Positions 35,817 through 44,702 of a stretch of 64,000 nt of DNA are shown here, piece after piece. Made by a program: the position numbers and the translations under genes. The notes under the pieces were generated by a model. The model saw nothing but the letters and a program-made list of their open reading frames with translations. It did not search any database and had not been told where the DNA came from. Numbering within the stretch: position 1 is the first letter of the stretch; each line of letters begins with the position of its first letter. This DNA comes from an uncultured archaeon (GTDB taxonomy: Archaea > Nanobdellota > Nanobdellia > Pacearchaeales > GW2011-AR1): the NCBI GenBank assembly GCA_903831045.1, contig CAIKWG010000042.1, positions 13,239-77,238 on the forward strand, read 5' to 3'.

Positions 35817-35941
35817 GTATTAATATATGAAAATATATTCATATGTAATTATAAAGAGAAATCTCAACTATATTTTTTTGCAAAATTTTCTTACCCGAAC
35901 AATAGCCGAAGGGCAAAATTAATCTGTTAGCCGATTAAGTC

Positions 35942-36658
35942 TTACTTTAAATGTTTTAAGAATTCTTTGAAATCTTTTTCCAGAGCATCAATTGCTTTTT
36001 CTAAAATTTCTCTAGCTTCTAACTGACCAAAAGATTCAACAACAAAAACAAGTTCCCCTGTTTCCTTTAGTTCAGCCTTTTCACCAGCTTTTTCGCATAT
36101 AGCTTCACAATAGTCTGCAAGTGAATTAATCTGATCATCTATAATAATTATTTTGTCACCTTTCTCTTTAATCTTATTATTTGGGAATGTTTTCTTTATT
36201 TGCTCAGCAAATTTCTTACTTAGAGTAATTTCATACATTTCTCTATAGAAAATAAGTCCAGGAGAGAATTTAGCATGTTCTTCACCAATACCTAATTTTG
36301 TAGTCATCTCAATATCAACTTCTTGACCATCATGAAGTAATAGGATTGGCATCTTGTCATAAACAACTTCAGCATCTCCCTTTATGTCTCCAGAATAAAC
36401 CATTCCAGCTTTCTTAACTTTTAACTTTAATTTATGACTATCTCCTTCTTTGTAGGATTTTTCCATCTTTAATGGAATTAAACCAATTCTATGAGCTACA
36501 GTTTCATCATATAAAGAAGAGTCATTCTTTGAAATCTTTAATTCATTGATTGTAATAACTGGAACTCTATTAACACTTCTTCTCAAAGCATTTGCTAAAG
36601 TCTCGTTAATTTTTGCACTAAAAGCGTATTTGTTTTTTGTTTTTCCTATTTGTTCCAT
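35942..36658 (-). CDS. rpoD: DNA-directed RNA polymerase subunit D (Rpo3)
   Basis: LANALRR, NDSSLYDETVAHRIGLIPL, EHAKFSPG, VESFGQL; follows rps11. Confidence 0.95.
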   Translation of the reverse strand: MEQIGKTKNKYAFSAKINETLANALRRSVNRVPVITINELKISKNDSSLYDETVAHRIGLIPLKMEKSYKEGDSHKLKLKVKKAGMVYSGDIKGDAEVVYDKMPILLLHDGQEVDIEMTTKLGIGEEHAKFSPGLIFYREMYEITLSKKFAEQIKKTFPNNKIKEKGDKIIIIDDQINSLADYCEAICEKAGEKAELKETGELVFVVESFGQLEAREILEKAIDALEKDFKEFLKHLK

Positions 36659-36688
36659 TTTTTTATCATCAAAAAAGTCTATTTAAAC

Positions 36689-37177
36689 TTATGGTCTTCT
36701 ACCTCTTCTTCCTCCCTTCTTTTTAGGTCCACCACGAGGTATTCTTGTTGAATCAAGGATATTCAATATCTTAAATCCTTCTCTTGAAAGACTTTTAACA
36801 ATTGAATGAGCTCCAGGACCAGGAGTATTATTTCCAGTCTTAGCTCTGATTCTAATATAAAATGATTTTATTCCAAGTTCTTTTGCTTCTTCTATAATTC
36901 TCTTTGCAATAAACATAGCAATTGTTGGATTTGCTTTCAAACGGTCATGTTTAGTTACCATTCCCCCAGTAACCTTTGAGATTGTCTTTCCAGACATATC
37001 TGTAACATGAACAATTGTGTTATTATAAGAAGTGTAAATATTCATAATTGCTTCGGCTTCTTTGCTAACAGTAATCTTATTTTCTTTTGAAATTGCTTCT
37101 TCTGGAAGTTCTTCTACTTCTTCAATTTGAATCTTTTCTTCATCGTTTTTTTCTACTTCTTCTTTTTTCTTTGCCAT
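36689..37177 (-). CDS. rps11: 30S ribosomal protein S11 (uS11) with charged N-terminal extension
   Basis: SYNNTIVHVTD, TPGPGA, KGGRRGRRP. Confidence 0.95.
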   Translation of the reverse strand: MAKKKEEVEKNDEEKIQIEEVEELPEEAISKENKITVSKEAEAIMNIYTSYNNTIVHVTDMSGKTISKVTGGMVTKHDRLKANPTIAMFIAKRIIEEAKELGIKSFYIRIRAKTGNNTPGPGAHSIVKSLSREGFKILNILDSTRIPRGGPKKKGGRRGRRP

Positions 37178-37178
37178 T

Positions 37179-37637
37179 TTATTTTGCTACCTTCTTTGAT
37201 TTAATTGTAATCTTATCTTCAAGTTCTAACGGAACAACATATGAAGGAATGTTTATAATCTTTCCATCAACCATAACCTTTTTATGAACAATCATTTGTC
37301 TTGCAGTCTTTACAGTTGAAGCAAGGCCTTTTTTATAGATAACTGTTTGTAGTCTTCTGTTCAAATAATCTTTTTTATCTAAGGATAAAACATCTGAGAT
37401 TGATTTAACATTAATACCAATTTTATTTAATCTTCCGAAAAATGCTTTTTGTTCGGCAGGTTCAGCTTTAATTAAATCCTTTGCCTTTCTTCTCATAACC
37501 TTAACTTTTGCATCTGCTCTCCAAATTTCTTTTTTATTCTTTAATCCAAATTCTGTTTTGATTTCTCCTTCTTCAACAATTCTTACTTTGTCAAAGGGTC
37601 TTTTTGGTCTTGAGTATAGTTTATGTTTTCTTTTCAT
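37179..37637 (-). CDS. rps4: 30S ribosomal protein S4 (uS4), archaeal type
   Basis: GLKNKKEIW, RRLQTVIYKKG, ARQMIVH. Confidence 0.95.
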   Translation of the reverse strand: MKRKHKLYSRPKRPFDKVRIVEEGEIKTEFGLKNKKEIWRADAKVKVMRRKAKDLIKAEPAEQKAFFGRLNKIGINVKSISDVLSLDKKDYLNRRLQTVIYKKGLASTVKTARQMIVHKKVMVDGKIINIPSYVVPLELEDKITIKSKKVAK

Positions 37638-37638
37638 T

Positions 37639-38127
37639 TTATCTTTCCGGTGCCTTAACCACTACTGCGGTTTTCTTTTTAATTCCTGATCCTTTTCTTC
37701 TATTCTTTCTGAAGTGACTCTTAGTTCTTTGTCCTCTTACTGGAAGTCCACTAGCATGTCTCAATCCTCTGTAACTCTTTATCTTCTTTAATCTCTTAAC
37801 ATCCATTTCGTTTTTTAATTCTAGGTCTGAACTTAATAGATGATTTGATTCTCCTGTCTCAAAATCATTTTGTCTGTTCATTAAATATGTCGGTAATGCT
37901 GGTTTTTTCATAAAATCTGTAATTTTTTGAATTTCAGCTTCGCTCAAAGAATCAATTGTTCTTTTTTTATCAATTTTTAATTTCTTACAAATTGCATTTG
38001 ACATTGCCCAGGAAATCCCTTTAATCTGAGTTAATCCAGCATAAACTGCTGTTTTCCCTTCTATGTCTTTCGCAATTATTCTTACAATTCTTCCTTCATG
38101 TTTGTGTTCTTCTATTTGTTTTCCCAT
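37639..38127 (-). CDS. rps13: 30S ribosomal protein S13 (uS13)
   Basis: SYRGLRH..GLPVRGQRTKSHFR. Confidence 0.95.
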   Translation of the reverse strand: MGKQIEEHKHEGRIVRIIAKDIEGKTAVYAGLTQIKGISWAMSNAICKKLKIDKKRTIDSLSEAEIQKITDFMKKPALPTYLMNRQNDFETGESNHLLSSDLELKNEMDVKRLKKIKSYRGLRHASGLPVRGQRTKSHFRKNRRKGSGIKKKTAVVVKAPER

Positions 38128-38129
38128 TT

Positions 38130-38663
38130 TTATGATATGAATAAATTATATCTCTCCATTTCAGTCAATTCTTCCAGGATTCTTTTTTCTACTGCTTTCA
38201 TTGGATCCGGAAGGTTTTGAACCCTCTTCTTCATTTCTTCAAATGATTCAAAAGGTTTTTCTTCTCTCTGCTTTAGAATCTCTTGCATGTGTTTCTTTCC
38301 TATTCCAGGCAAAAGTTCAATCTGATGTAATCTCTTATTTATTGCATCAGCCGTATTAAAAAAGTTTACGAATCTTGGTTCATTATCTTTTACGATTTTT
38401 GAAACAACTTCTTGAAGTTGAGATTTTGCAGACTCAGTTAATTTTTCTCTTTTCAACCGTCCGAGAATGTAATAAACTTCGTCTCTCTTCCCTTCTCCAA
38501 TATAAACTCTATCTCCTACTGTTAGTGTTACTCCTCTCCTAGGAACTAGCTCCAGAAGAGTTAAATTTTGTTCACCTACTGCTTGTGCTATAGGCATCAT
38601 TCGTTTTTCCAAAGGATAACCGTTTGGTAAATACTCTAGTATAATTGCATATTCTTCTTTCAT
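38130..38663 (-). CDS. DUF655 family putative RNA-binding protein
   Basis: EEYAIILEYLP, RVYIGEGKRD, RLHQIELLPGIGKK; usual neighbour of rpoF. Confidence 0.9.
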   Translation of the reverse strand: MKEEYAIILEYLPNGYPLEKRMMPIAQAVGEQNLTLLELVPRRGVTLTVGDRVYIGEGKRDEVYYILGRLKREKLTESAKSQLQEVVSKIVKDNEPRFVNFFNTADAINKRLHQIELLPGIGKKHMQEILKQREEKPFESFEEMKKRVQNLPDPMKAVEKRILEELTEMERYNLFIS

Positions 38664-38725
38664 TTAAATTGCTCTCCTTAATTCCATTTGAATGCATGAA
38701 AAATTTATTTTTACTTTCATCTTCT

Positions 38726-39025
38726 TTATTTGTGTTCTTTAATTGTGTCCAAAATAATGGTTGTTTCATTTTCATCGATGTTTGATTCAGGTAAAACTTT
38801 TGTTAAACCGTCTTTGTCTTCGGGAAGTATTTCAATTAGCTTTGAAATATTACTCTTATTTAATTTAATTAGGTTCAAATCATTTAGTTTTTTTCTTAAT
38901 TCTTCTGCTTTCTCAGGAGATAATTTTGAAAATTGTTTTGCAAATGCAATAACTTCTGGTTGTTTTTCTTTATCAACGTATTTCATTGCTTCCTGCATGC
39001 TTAATGGTTCTCTATTTTTTATCAT
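38726..39025 (-). CDS. rpoF: RNA polymerase subunit F (Rpo4)
   Basis: Between rpl21e and DUF655; FSKLSPEKAEEL, KLIEILP. Confidence 0.85.
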   Translation of the reverse strand: MIKNREPLSMQEAMKYVDKEKQPEVIAFAKQFSKLSPEKAEELRKKLNDLNLIKLNKSNISKLIEILPEDKDGLTKVLPESNIDENETTIILDTIKEHK

Positions 39026-39029
39026 TTTT

Positions 39030-39287
39030 TTATTCCTGTTTTATTTTTTTTAAATGTATTGGTTCGATAATGAACTGTTTTTCTTTTCTCATAGTTTTAA
39101 TTCTTACAATATAAGATCTTCCTCTCTTTCCTTCAATAGTTCCAGTCATTCCTTGAAGTCTTTCTGGAAAACCAAAAGCTTTTGATTTTTCAATTATTAC
39201 TGCAACCTTATCTCCATCCTGAAACTTCTGGAAAAATTTACTCAACGAAAATTTTCCTCTGGTTCGAATTGATTTTTTTCCACTCAT
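39030..39287 (-). CDS. rpl21e: 50S ribosomal protein L21e
   Basis: FQDGDKV, RLQGMTGTI.GKRGRSY, IEPIHL. Confidence 0.9.
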   Translation of the reverse strand: MSGKKSIRTRGKFSLSKFFQKFQDGDKVAVIIEKSKAFGFPERLQGMTGTIEGKRGRSYIVRIKTMRKEKQFIIEPIHLKKIKQE

Positions 39288-39462
39288 AAATTATTCAAAA
39301 TAAATCCCTTTAAAAACCTATCCCTTAGAACAATAAGAACTCTATTGTGGGGTGAACGAATTTGTATTTTTTTAACAGATGAGATTGTTCTACCGAGGAG
39401 TAATTGTTCTCAAAAGAATAGAATCAAATTTACCAATAGGAACAGGTTCAGAAGTCGTATTT

Positions 39463-39648
39463 TTAATAAATCTTCTTTGGATCTAGATTGGTGCTACAAA
39501 GGTCATCTCTGGCTTTTGCATCTCCCATGTTTTGGAGAATAGCTTTGAACATCTTCTCTCCCCAAACCATAACACCGCATCTATTACATACTTCTACTGC
39601 TCTGTCGTCAGAAATTTCAGCTTTGCAATAAACACATTTTCCTACCAT
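39463..39648 (-). CDS. Small CxxC-CxxC (Zn-binding) protein
   Basis: CVYC..CNRCG..VWGEKMF. Confidence 0.6.
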   Translation of the reverse strand: MVGKCVYCKAEISDDRAVEVCNRCGVMVWGEKMFKAILQNMGDAKARDDLCSTNLDPKKIY

Positions 39649-39730
39649 CTTTTTTTTACCTTTTTTATTAAGATTAATCTTTTTATTATTTGGACTATTT
39701 AAAGATTTATATTTCCAATATCATAGTAAC

Positions 39731-39740
39731 CTTTAAAAAC
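39731..39740 (+). promoter_or_regulatory. Archaeal TATA box of leaderless rpoN (representative)
   Basis: CTTTAAAAAC ~29 nt upstream of ATG with no SD; same spacing before secF (41778), 46103 (46073) and 56123 (56093). Confidence 0.65.
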
Positions 39741-39760
39741 TCATTTTATAACATAATATT

Positions 39761-39958
39761 ATGATAATTCCTATTAGATGTTTTTCCTGTGGAAAACCAA
39801 TTGCGCATTTGTGGGAAGACTACAAAAAGCGAGTAGAAGCAGGCGAAGCTCCTAAAAAAGTTCTTGATGAATTAGAATTAGAAAGATTCTGTTGCAGATC
39901 AATGTTTCTAGGTCAATCAGATTTAATTGAATTAACTTCTAGATTCAAAAAGTCCTAA
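39761..39958 (+). CDS. rpoN: RNA polymerase subunit N (Rpo10)
   Basis: MIIPIRCFSCGK...RFCCR. Confidence 0.95.
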   Translation: MIIPIRCFSCGKPIAHLWEDYKKRVEAGEAPKKVLDELELERFCCRSMFLGQSDLIELTSRFKKS

Positions 39959-39988
39959 ATTTCTACTTAATTTTTACTTCTTCTAGAA

Positions 39989-40153
39989 TTAAAAATTTAA
40001 TATAAAATAAGTTATAGCACATAATAGAGTAAGTGTTGCACATGTTAGATGATATTTGAAAACAGGCTTCCCGTGATGTACTAATATACCTAGACTAAAT
40101 GTGCAGATTAAAAATACTCCTGCTAGAATTCCAAAAATTGTTGTTATATCCAT
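39989..40153 (-). CDS. 54 aa membrane protein (not in ORF track)
   Basis: MDITTIFGILAGVFLICTFSLGILVHHGKPVFKYHL...; GGAGGAGG upstream, just after tRNA-Gly. Confidence 0.55.
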   Translation of the reverse strand: MDITTIFGILAGVFLICTFSLGILVHHGKPVFKYHLTCATLTLLCAITYFILNF

Positions 40154-40173
40154 TTGACCTCCTCCTTCCGTAA

Positions 40174-40266
40174 TGCGCCGACTGGGATTCGGACCCAGGT
40201 CTCCTGGTCGCTTCGTATGTTACCATACTTGGAAGCCAAGAATTCTAACCACTGAACTATCAGCGC
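40174..40266 (-). tRNA. tRNA-Gly(UCC) with 21-nt intron (40209-40229) at 37/38
   Basis: Cloverleaf GCGCTGA..TCGGCGC-A; canonical bulge-helix-bulge (CAA bulge, CTTC/GAAG helix, CGA bulge, GTATG/CATAC). Confidence 0.95.
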
Positions 40267-40344
40267 ATAAAAAAAGTAGACACCTATCATTTAAAAAATT
40301 ATCCATTACCAAATATTTATTAATTAAGAATGAATCTTTAATCC

Positions 40345-40818
40345 ATGGAAAATAAGAGAGTGTTTGTAGCAATTGAATTAATAATCTTGCTTGTTATGGG
40401 ATTAATCACATTTATAGAATTTTTTGATTTTAATTTTTTTGAGAGGGTTTTTAATCTTGTTCAAGACCCAGTTTCTTGGTTAATTGGTTTGAGTTTCGGT
40501 TTTGTGTTCTCAAATTTAATAAAAACAATAAAAACAAAAACAGAAAAGATTAAGTTAGTAAAAGAGAAAGGCCATTTTGCCATTTTCTTAGCAGATTTGA
40601 TTATAATTGCTTTAATCTCGACAGGTGTGAAAGCACTAGCACTTTCCTTCTTCAATAGTTTCTTTATCTATTTCCATGTTCTATTTTTACAATGGATGAT
40701 GTTCTTGTATTTATCTTTCAAAGTAAAGAATGATTATGAAATCTCAGGGAAATATCTTCTCACAACAGAATTAATTATTCTTTTCTATACTGCAATTGTT
40801 TTAGCATTTATTGCATAA
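40345..40818 (+). CDS. Membrane protein
   Basis: ~5 TM. Confidence 0.6.
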   Translation: MENKRVFVAIELIILLVMGLITFIEFFDFNFFERVFNLVQDPVSWLIGLSFGFVFSNLIKTIKTKTEKIKLVKEKGHFAIFLADLIIIALISTGVKALALSFFNSFFIYFHVLFLQWMMFLYLSFKVKNDYEISGKYLLTTELIILFYTAIVLAFIA

Positions 40819-40892
40819 ACGCTCGAGGCAGGATTTGAACTACAACCACCTGCGGGTTCTAGGAGTCCTGCATCCCAAATCCTTCTTAATTA

Positions 40893-40967
40893 CGCTCGAG
40901 GCAGGATTTGAACCTGCGACCTCCGCATTAGGAGTGCGATGCTCTATCCAAGCTGAGCTACCCGAGC
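40893..40967 (-). tRNA. tRNA-Arg(CCU)
   Basis: GCTCGGG..CTCGAGC-G; anticodon loop CTCCTAA; GGTTCAAATCC. Confidence 0.95.
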
Positions 40968-41110
40968 AGTGTTTGTGTAGCTCAAATATCAACCGCGTCG
41001 AAAAGGAGGTTGAACGTCAAGGGACCTTGGTCTCTTCCGTGAGCTACCCGAGCTTGTTATTAATTGAGCCTAAGCTAATTAAGCACATTTTTTATAAGAA
41101 GGAGCTATTT

Positions 41111-41272
41111 TTAAATTTCTGTATCAATATTTCTCAAGATTGATCTTATCTCAGAATTCACGTGCCTTAATACTTCTGATTCATTTGCATTTGGATTTTG
41201 AGTTTTGTACTTCATTGCATGAGCTGCCCCAGCAATAATAGCCATCTTCAAAATACTCTCTTTTTCTGCCAT
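41111..41272 (-). CDS. 53 aa hypothetical protein (not in ORF track)
   Basis: MAEKESILKMAIIAGAAHAMKYK...; TTTATA box upstream. Confidence 0.55.
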   Translation of the reverse strand: MAEKESILKMAIIAGAAHAMKYKTQNPNANESEVLRHVNSEIRSILRNIDTEI

Positions 41273-41386
41273 GTTGAATTAAATACGTAATCCCTATAAA
41301 AGCTTATCTGTGATGTTTTATAATATTTCAAGAAATAACCTATGCGAAGCTCTCCTTAGGTCGGCATCGTATCTCACTTTGTCCGA

Positions 41387-41469
41387 TGCGAGGGACAGGG
41401 ATCGAACCTGCGCAAGTTTACACTACTGGAGCCTTAATCCAGCCCGTTTGACCACTCCGGCACCCCCGC
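41387..41469 (-). tRNA. tRNA-Leu(AAG)
   Basis: GCGGGGG/CCCTCGC-A, class II variable arm, anticodon arm CTGGA-TTAAGGC-TCCAG. Confidence 0.9.
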
Positions 41470-41531
41470 ATATTTTTAGCAGGATATTGTGACGGATGGA
41501 CTTTGCCAAAATCTACAAAAAGATTTTGAGC

Positions 41532-41556
41532 TTGACCACTCCGGCACCCCCGCATA
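41532..41556 (-). repeat. 25-bp exact duplicate of tRNA-Leu 5' end
   Basis: TTGACCACTCCGGCACCCCCGCATA at 41448-41472 and 41532-41556. Confidence 0.9.
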
Positions 41557-41615
41557 AATCATCAAGAAATTAGAGATATAAAAAGCTTTATAAACCAGAA
41601 AACTATCAAAATTTT

Positions 41616-41729
41616 GAAGACAGTCCTAATAAGGAGGAAACACCTGTTCCCTTTCCGAACACAGAAGTTAAGCCCCTTATGTTGTTGGTAGTAGTGTCCC
41701 AAAAGACGCAAATCCTTCAAACTGTCTTT
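41616..41729 (+). rRNA. rrf: 5S rRNA (stand-alone)
   Basis: Terminal helix AAGACAGT/ACTGTCTT; CCTGTTCCCTTTCCGAACACAGAAGTTAAGCC; TTTATAAA ~25 nt upstream. Confidence 0.9.
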
Positions 41730-41807
41730 CTTTATTTTTTAATTCTAATTTAAACTTTATTTCTTCTCCTCAATAAACTTTAAATACCGAGTTATTTTCT
41801 TTCTAAA

Positions 41808-42695
41808 ATGAGCTTCAAATCAACAATTCAAAATTTTCATGATAAGCACTATAAGCTTTTGTTATTATTACCATTAATAATTCTACTTTTTTCTGGAATT
41901 TATCTAGCTTCTTTTTATAAAACTCACGGAGATATTTTCAAAAAAGATATTTCTCTAACTGGTGGGACCACAATAACTATTTATGACAATCTAGATTTAG
42001 CAAAATTAAATTTAGATTTGAGTTCTAAACTTACAGATTTGAATATTAGAGATATTTCAGATTTGTCTACAGGAGAACTAAAAGCGGTTATAATTGAAAC
42101 AACAACCGAGGGTCAAGAAGCGAAGAAAGTGGTAGAAGATTATCTTGGTTATTCTCTTATTGAAGGAGAAAATAGTAGTTTTGAATTTACTGGAGCAAGT
42201 CTTAGTCAAAGTTTCTACAAACAACTTTTACTTGCTATGGTAGTTGCTTTTGTTTTTATGGCAATTGTTATTTTTATTATGTTCAAAAACTTTGTTCCTT
42301 CAGCAGCAGTAGTTCTTTCTGCTTTTCTGGATATTCTTATGACCTTAATTGTAATTGATATTGCGGGAATTGAAATGTCAACAGCAGGGATAATCGCTCT
42401 CCTCATGTTAATTGGTTATTCCGTTGATACGGATATTCTATTGACAAACAGAGTTTTGAGAAGAACAGACCACTCTCTTAATCTTAGACTTTTTAATGCA
42501 TTCAAAACAGGATTAACAATGAGTTTAACTTCCTTCTTTGCAATCCTAGTTGCTCTGATTATTGTAGCACCATTCTCTTCAGTATTAACTCAAATTTTTA
42601 CAATTCTGGTTATAGGTCTTCTGTTTGATATTTTTAATACATGGGTAACTAATGTATCTTTACTTAAATGGTATGTTCTGAGGAAGAAAAAATGA
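41808..42695 (+). CDS. secF: Protein translocase subunit SecF
   Basis: DISLTGGT, LMLIGYSVDTDILL; precedes secD. Confidence 0.9.
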   Translation: MSFKSTIQNFHDKHYKLLLLLPLIILLFSGIYLASFYKTHGDIFKKDISLTGGTTITIYDNLDLAKLNLDLSSKLTDLNIRDISDLSTGELKAVIIETTTEGQEAKKVVEDYLGYSLIEGENSSFEFTGASLSQSFYKQLLLAMVVAFVFMAIVIFIMFKNFVPSAAVVLSAFLDILMTLIVIDIAGIEMSTAGIIALLMLIGYSVDTDILLTNRVLRRTDHSLNLRLFNAFKTGLTMSLTSFFAILVALIIVAPFSSVLTQIFTILVIGLLFDIFNTWVTNVSLLKWYVLRKKK

Positions 42696-44254
42696 AATTC
42701 AAATTTACTTTTAAAATCTGGTTGTTAATGATATTCATAGCTTTGTCTCTATTGGCAATTTTTTCTCATTCCGGGTTTATTAAACACGGAGTTCTTGTTG
42801 CAAGCATAGATTCATCTTCGGATTTATTTAATCAAGGAATGCGTCAAGGAGATATAATAAAATCAATAGATAATCAACCAGTAACTTCTCTGGAAGATTA
42901 TTCAAAAATAGTTTTAGCAAAATTTGCTAACAACGAAACAGTTAAAACAATAATCATGACTGAAAAAGAGGAGTACATCATTCTAGCAAATAATTCTCTA
43001 GACATAACTGTAAAAGATATTCCTAAAACAAATATCCTTTTAGGATTGGACTTAGCAGGAGGATCAAGAGCGTTAGTAAAAGCTCAAAATCAATCTTTAA
43101 CTTCTGCTCAAATGTCAGACTTGGTAGATATCACTCGTAATAGATTAAACGCTTTTGGATTATCTGATCTGAAAGTTGCTCCTGTTTCTGATCTTTCAGG
43201 AGAAAGATTTATGTTAATTGAAATTGCTGGGGCAACTCCTAAGGATTTAAACAAATTACTTTCAGAACAAGGAAAATTCGAAGCTAAAATTGCTAATCAA
43301 ACTGTTTTTGTTGGAGGAGACAAGGACATTGCTTCTGTTGGAAGAGATGCACAAAATGCACGAATTGAAGGCTGTAATCCTACTTCTGATGGAACCTATG
43401 TTTGTACTTTCCAGTTTACAGTTACGCTAAGTCCAGAAGCAGCAAAGAAGCACGCAGATATTACTGCTAATATGTCAGTAAATTACACTGATCAAGGAAA
43501 TTATCTTTCTGATAGGTTAGATTTATACCTAGATGATAGACTAACAGATAGTCTTCTAATTAGTGAAGGATTGAAGGGCAGAGTAACAACTCAAATTGCC
43601 ATTTCAGGTTCGGGTTCAGGTGCCACTGAAGAAGCTGCCTACGCAGATGCAAAGGTGCAGATGAAACAACTGCAAACAATTCTAATGACAGGTAGTCTTC
43701 CCTACAAATTAGAAATAATAAAATTAGATTCAGTATCTCCAACACTAGGAGAATCTTTTACTAACACTATCATGATTGCAGGTATAGCAGCCATATTAGC
43801 AATATCTGTGATTATTCTTATTAGGTATAGAAATTTTAAAATTTCATTAGCTCTAATTCTATCTACAGTATCAGAAGTAATCATTCTTCTTGGAGCAGCA
43901 GCATTAATCAAATGGAATCTAGATCTTCCAGGAATTGCTGGTATTTTGGCCACAATTGGTACTGGAATCGATGATCTTGTGGTAATTGTAGATGAATCAA
44001 TACATGATACTTCAATTAACATTAAACAAAGAATTAAGAGAGCATTTGCAATTATTATGGGTGCTTACTTTACAGTTCTAGTTTCACTTCTTCCTCTTAT
44101 TTGGAATCCAATCACTGGAGGAGCTGCAGGAGCTGGTCTTCTACAAGGATTTGCAATTACAACAATCCTAGGAATTTCAATTGGAGTTTTCATAACAAGA
44201 CCTGCATTCTCAGATATAATAAAACAGTTCAAGCATAAGGAAGATGTTGCCTAA
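42692..44254 (+). CDS. secD: Protein translocase subunit SecD (with PDZ-like insert)
   Basis: LGLDLAGG, RLNAFGL, GSLP, VSPTLG, IGTGIDD, TRPAF. Confidence 0.9.
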   Translation: MKFKFTFKIWLLMIFIALSLLAIFSHSGFIKHGVLVASIDSSSDLFNQGMRQGDIIKSIDNQPVTSLEDYSKIVLAKFANNETVKTIIMTEKEEYIILANNSLDITVKDIPKTNILLGLDLAGGSRALVKAQNQSLTSAQMSDLVDITRNRLNAFGLSDLKVAPVSDLSGERFMLIEIAGATPKDLNKLLSEQGKFEAKIANQTVFVGGDKDIASVGRDAQNARIEGCNPTSDGTYVCTFQFTVTLSPEAAKKHADITANMSVNYTDQGNYLSDRLDLYLDDRLTDSLLISEGLKGRVTTQIAISGSGSGATEEAAYADAKVQMKQLQTILMTGSLPYKLEIIKLDSVSPTLGESFTNTIMIAGIAAILAISVIILIRYRNFKISLALILSTVSEVIILLGAAALIKWNLDLPGIAGILATIGTGIDDLVVIVDESIHDTSINIKQRIKRAFAIIMGAYFTVLVSLLPLIWNPITGGAAGAGLLQGFAITTILGISIGVFITRPAFSDIIKQFKHKEDVA

Positions 44255-44702
44255 AATTCATTTTCTCTATGGTCTGATTGCAGCATTAATACTGTTCCTT
44301 CTTAATTTAGCACATGTCTGGCAAGCTTTGATATTTCTAGCTGCGACAGTTCTAATGGATTTTGATCACTATATCTATTATGTTCGTAGAAAGAACAAAT
44401 ATAGCCTTAGAGCAGCCTATCACTGGTTCAAGCTGAAAGAAAATTTCTGGAAAATGATTCCTCCCCATGATAGAAAGAAATATTATACTGGGTTTTATAT
44501 TTTTCATGGATTAGAATGGGTAGCTTTATTTTTCTTATTAGGATACCTATGGGCGAGTTTCTTCTACTTTATAGCTCTAGGAATGTTATTCCATTTATTC
44601 CTTGATTGGTTAACCCAAGAAATATCTCTCTATCCCTATCGATTTAAATTTTCAGTTATCTATGATTATTTAAAGTTCAAAAAATTGAGATTAATAGAAT
44701 GA
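44244..44702 (+). CDS. Membrane-bound metal-dependent hydrolase-like protein
   Basis: H..., DFDH, FHGLE, HLFLD motifs among TM helices. Confidence 0.6.
   Translation: MLPKIHFLYGLIAALILFLLNLAHVWQALIFLAATVLMDFDHYIYYVRRKNKYSLRAAYHWFKLKENFWKMIPPHDRKKYYTGFYIFHGLEWVALFFLLGYLWASFFYFIALGMLFHLFLDWLTQEISLYPYRFKFSVIYDYLKFKKLRLIE

Noticed and set aside
35861..35890. Bacteroidota TAnnTTTG -7 promoter near the junction or in family B hairpins
   Set aside because: Spacing does not fit the consensus in the places checked; no systematic scan was possible.
40173..41492. ORFs 40173..40355, 40811..41143 and 41310..41492
   Set aside because: They are antisense readings of tRNA genes.
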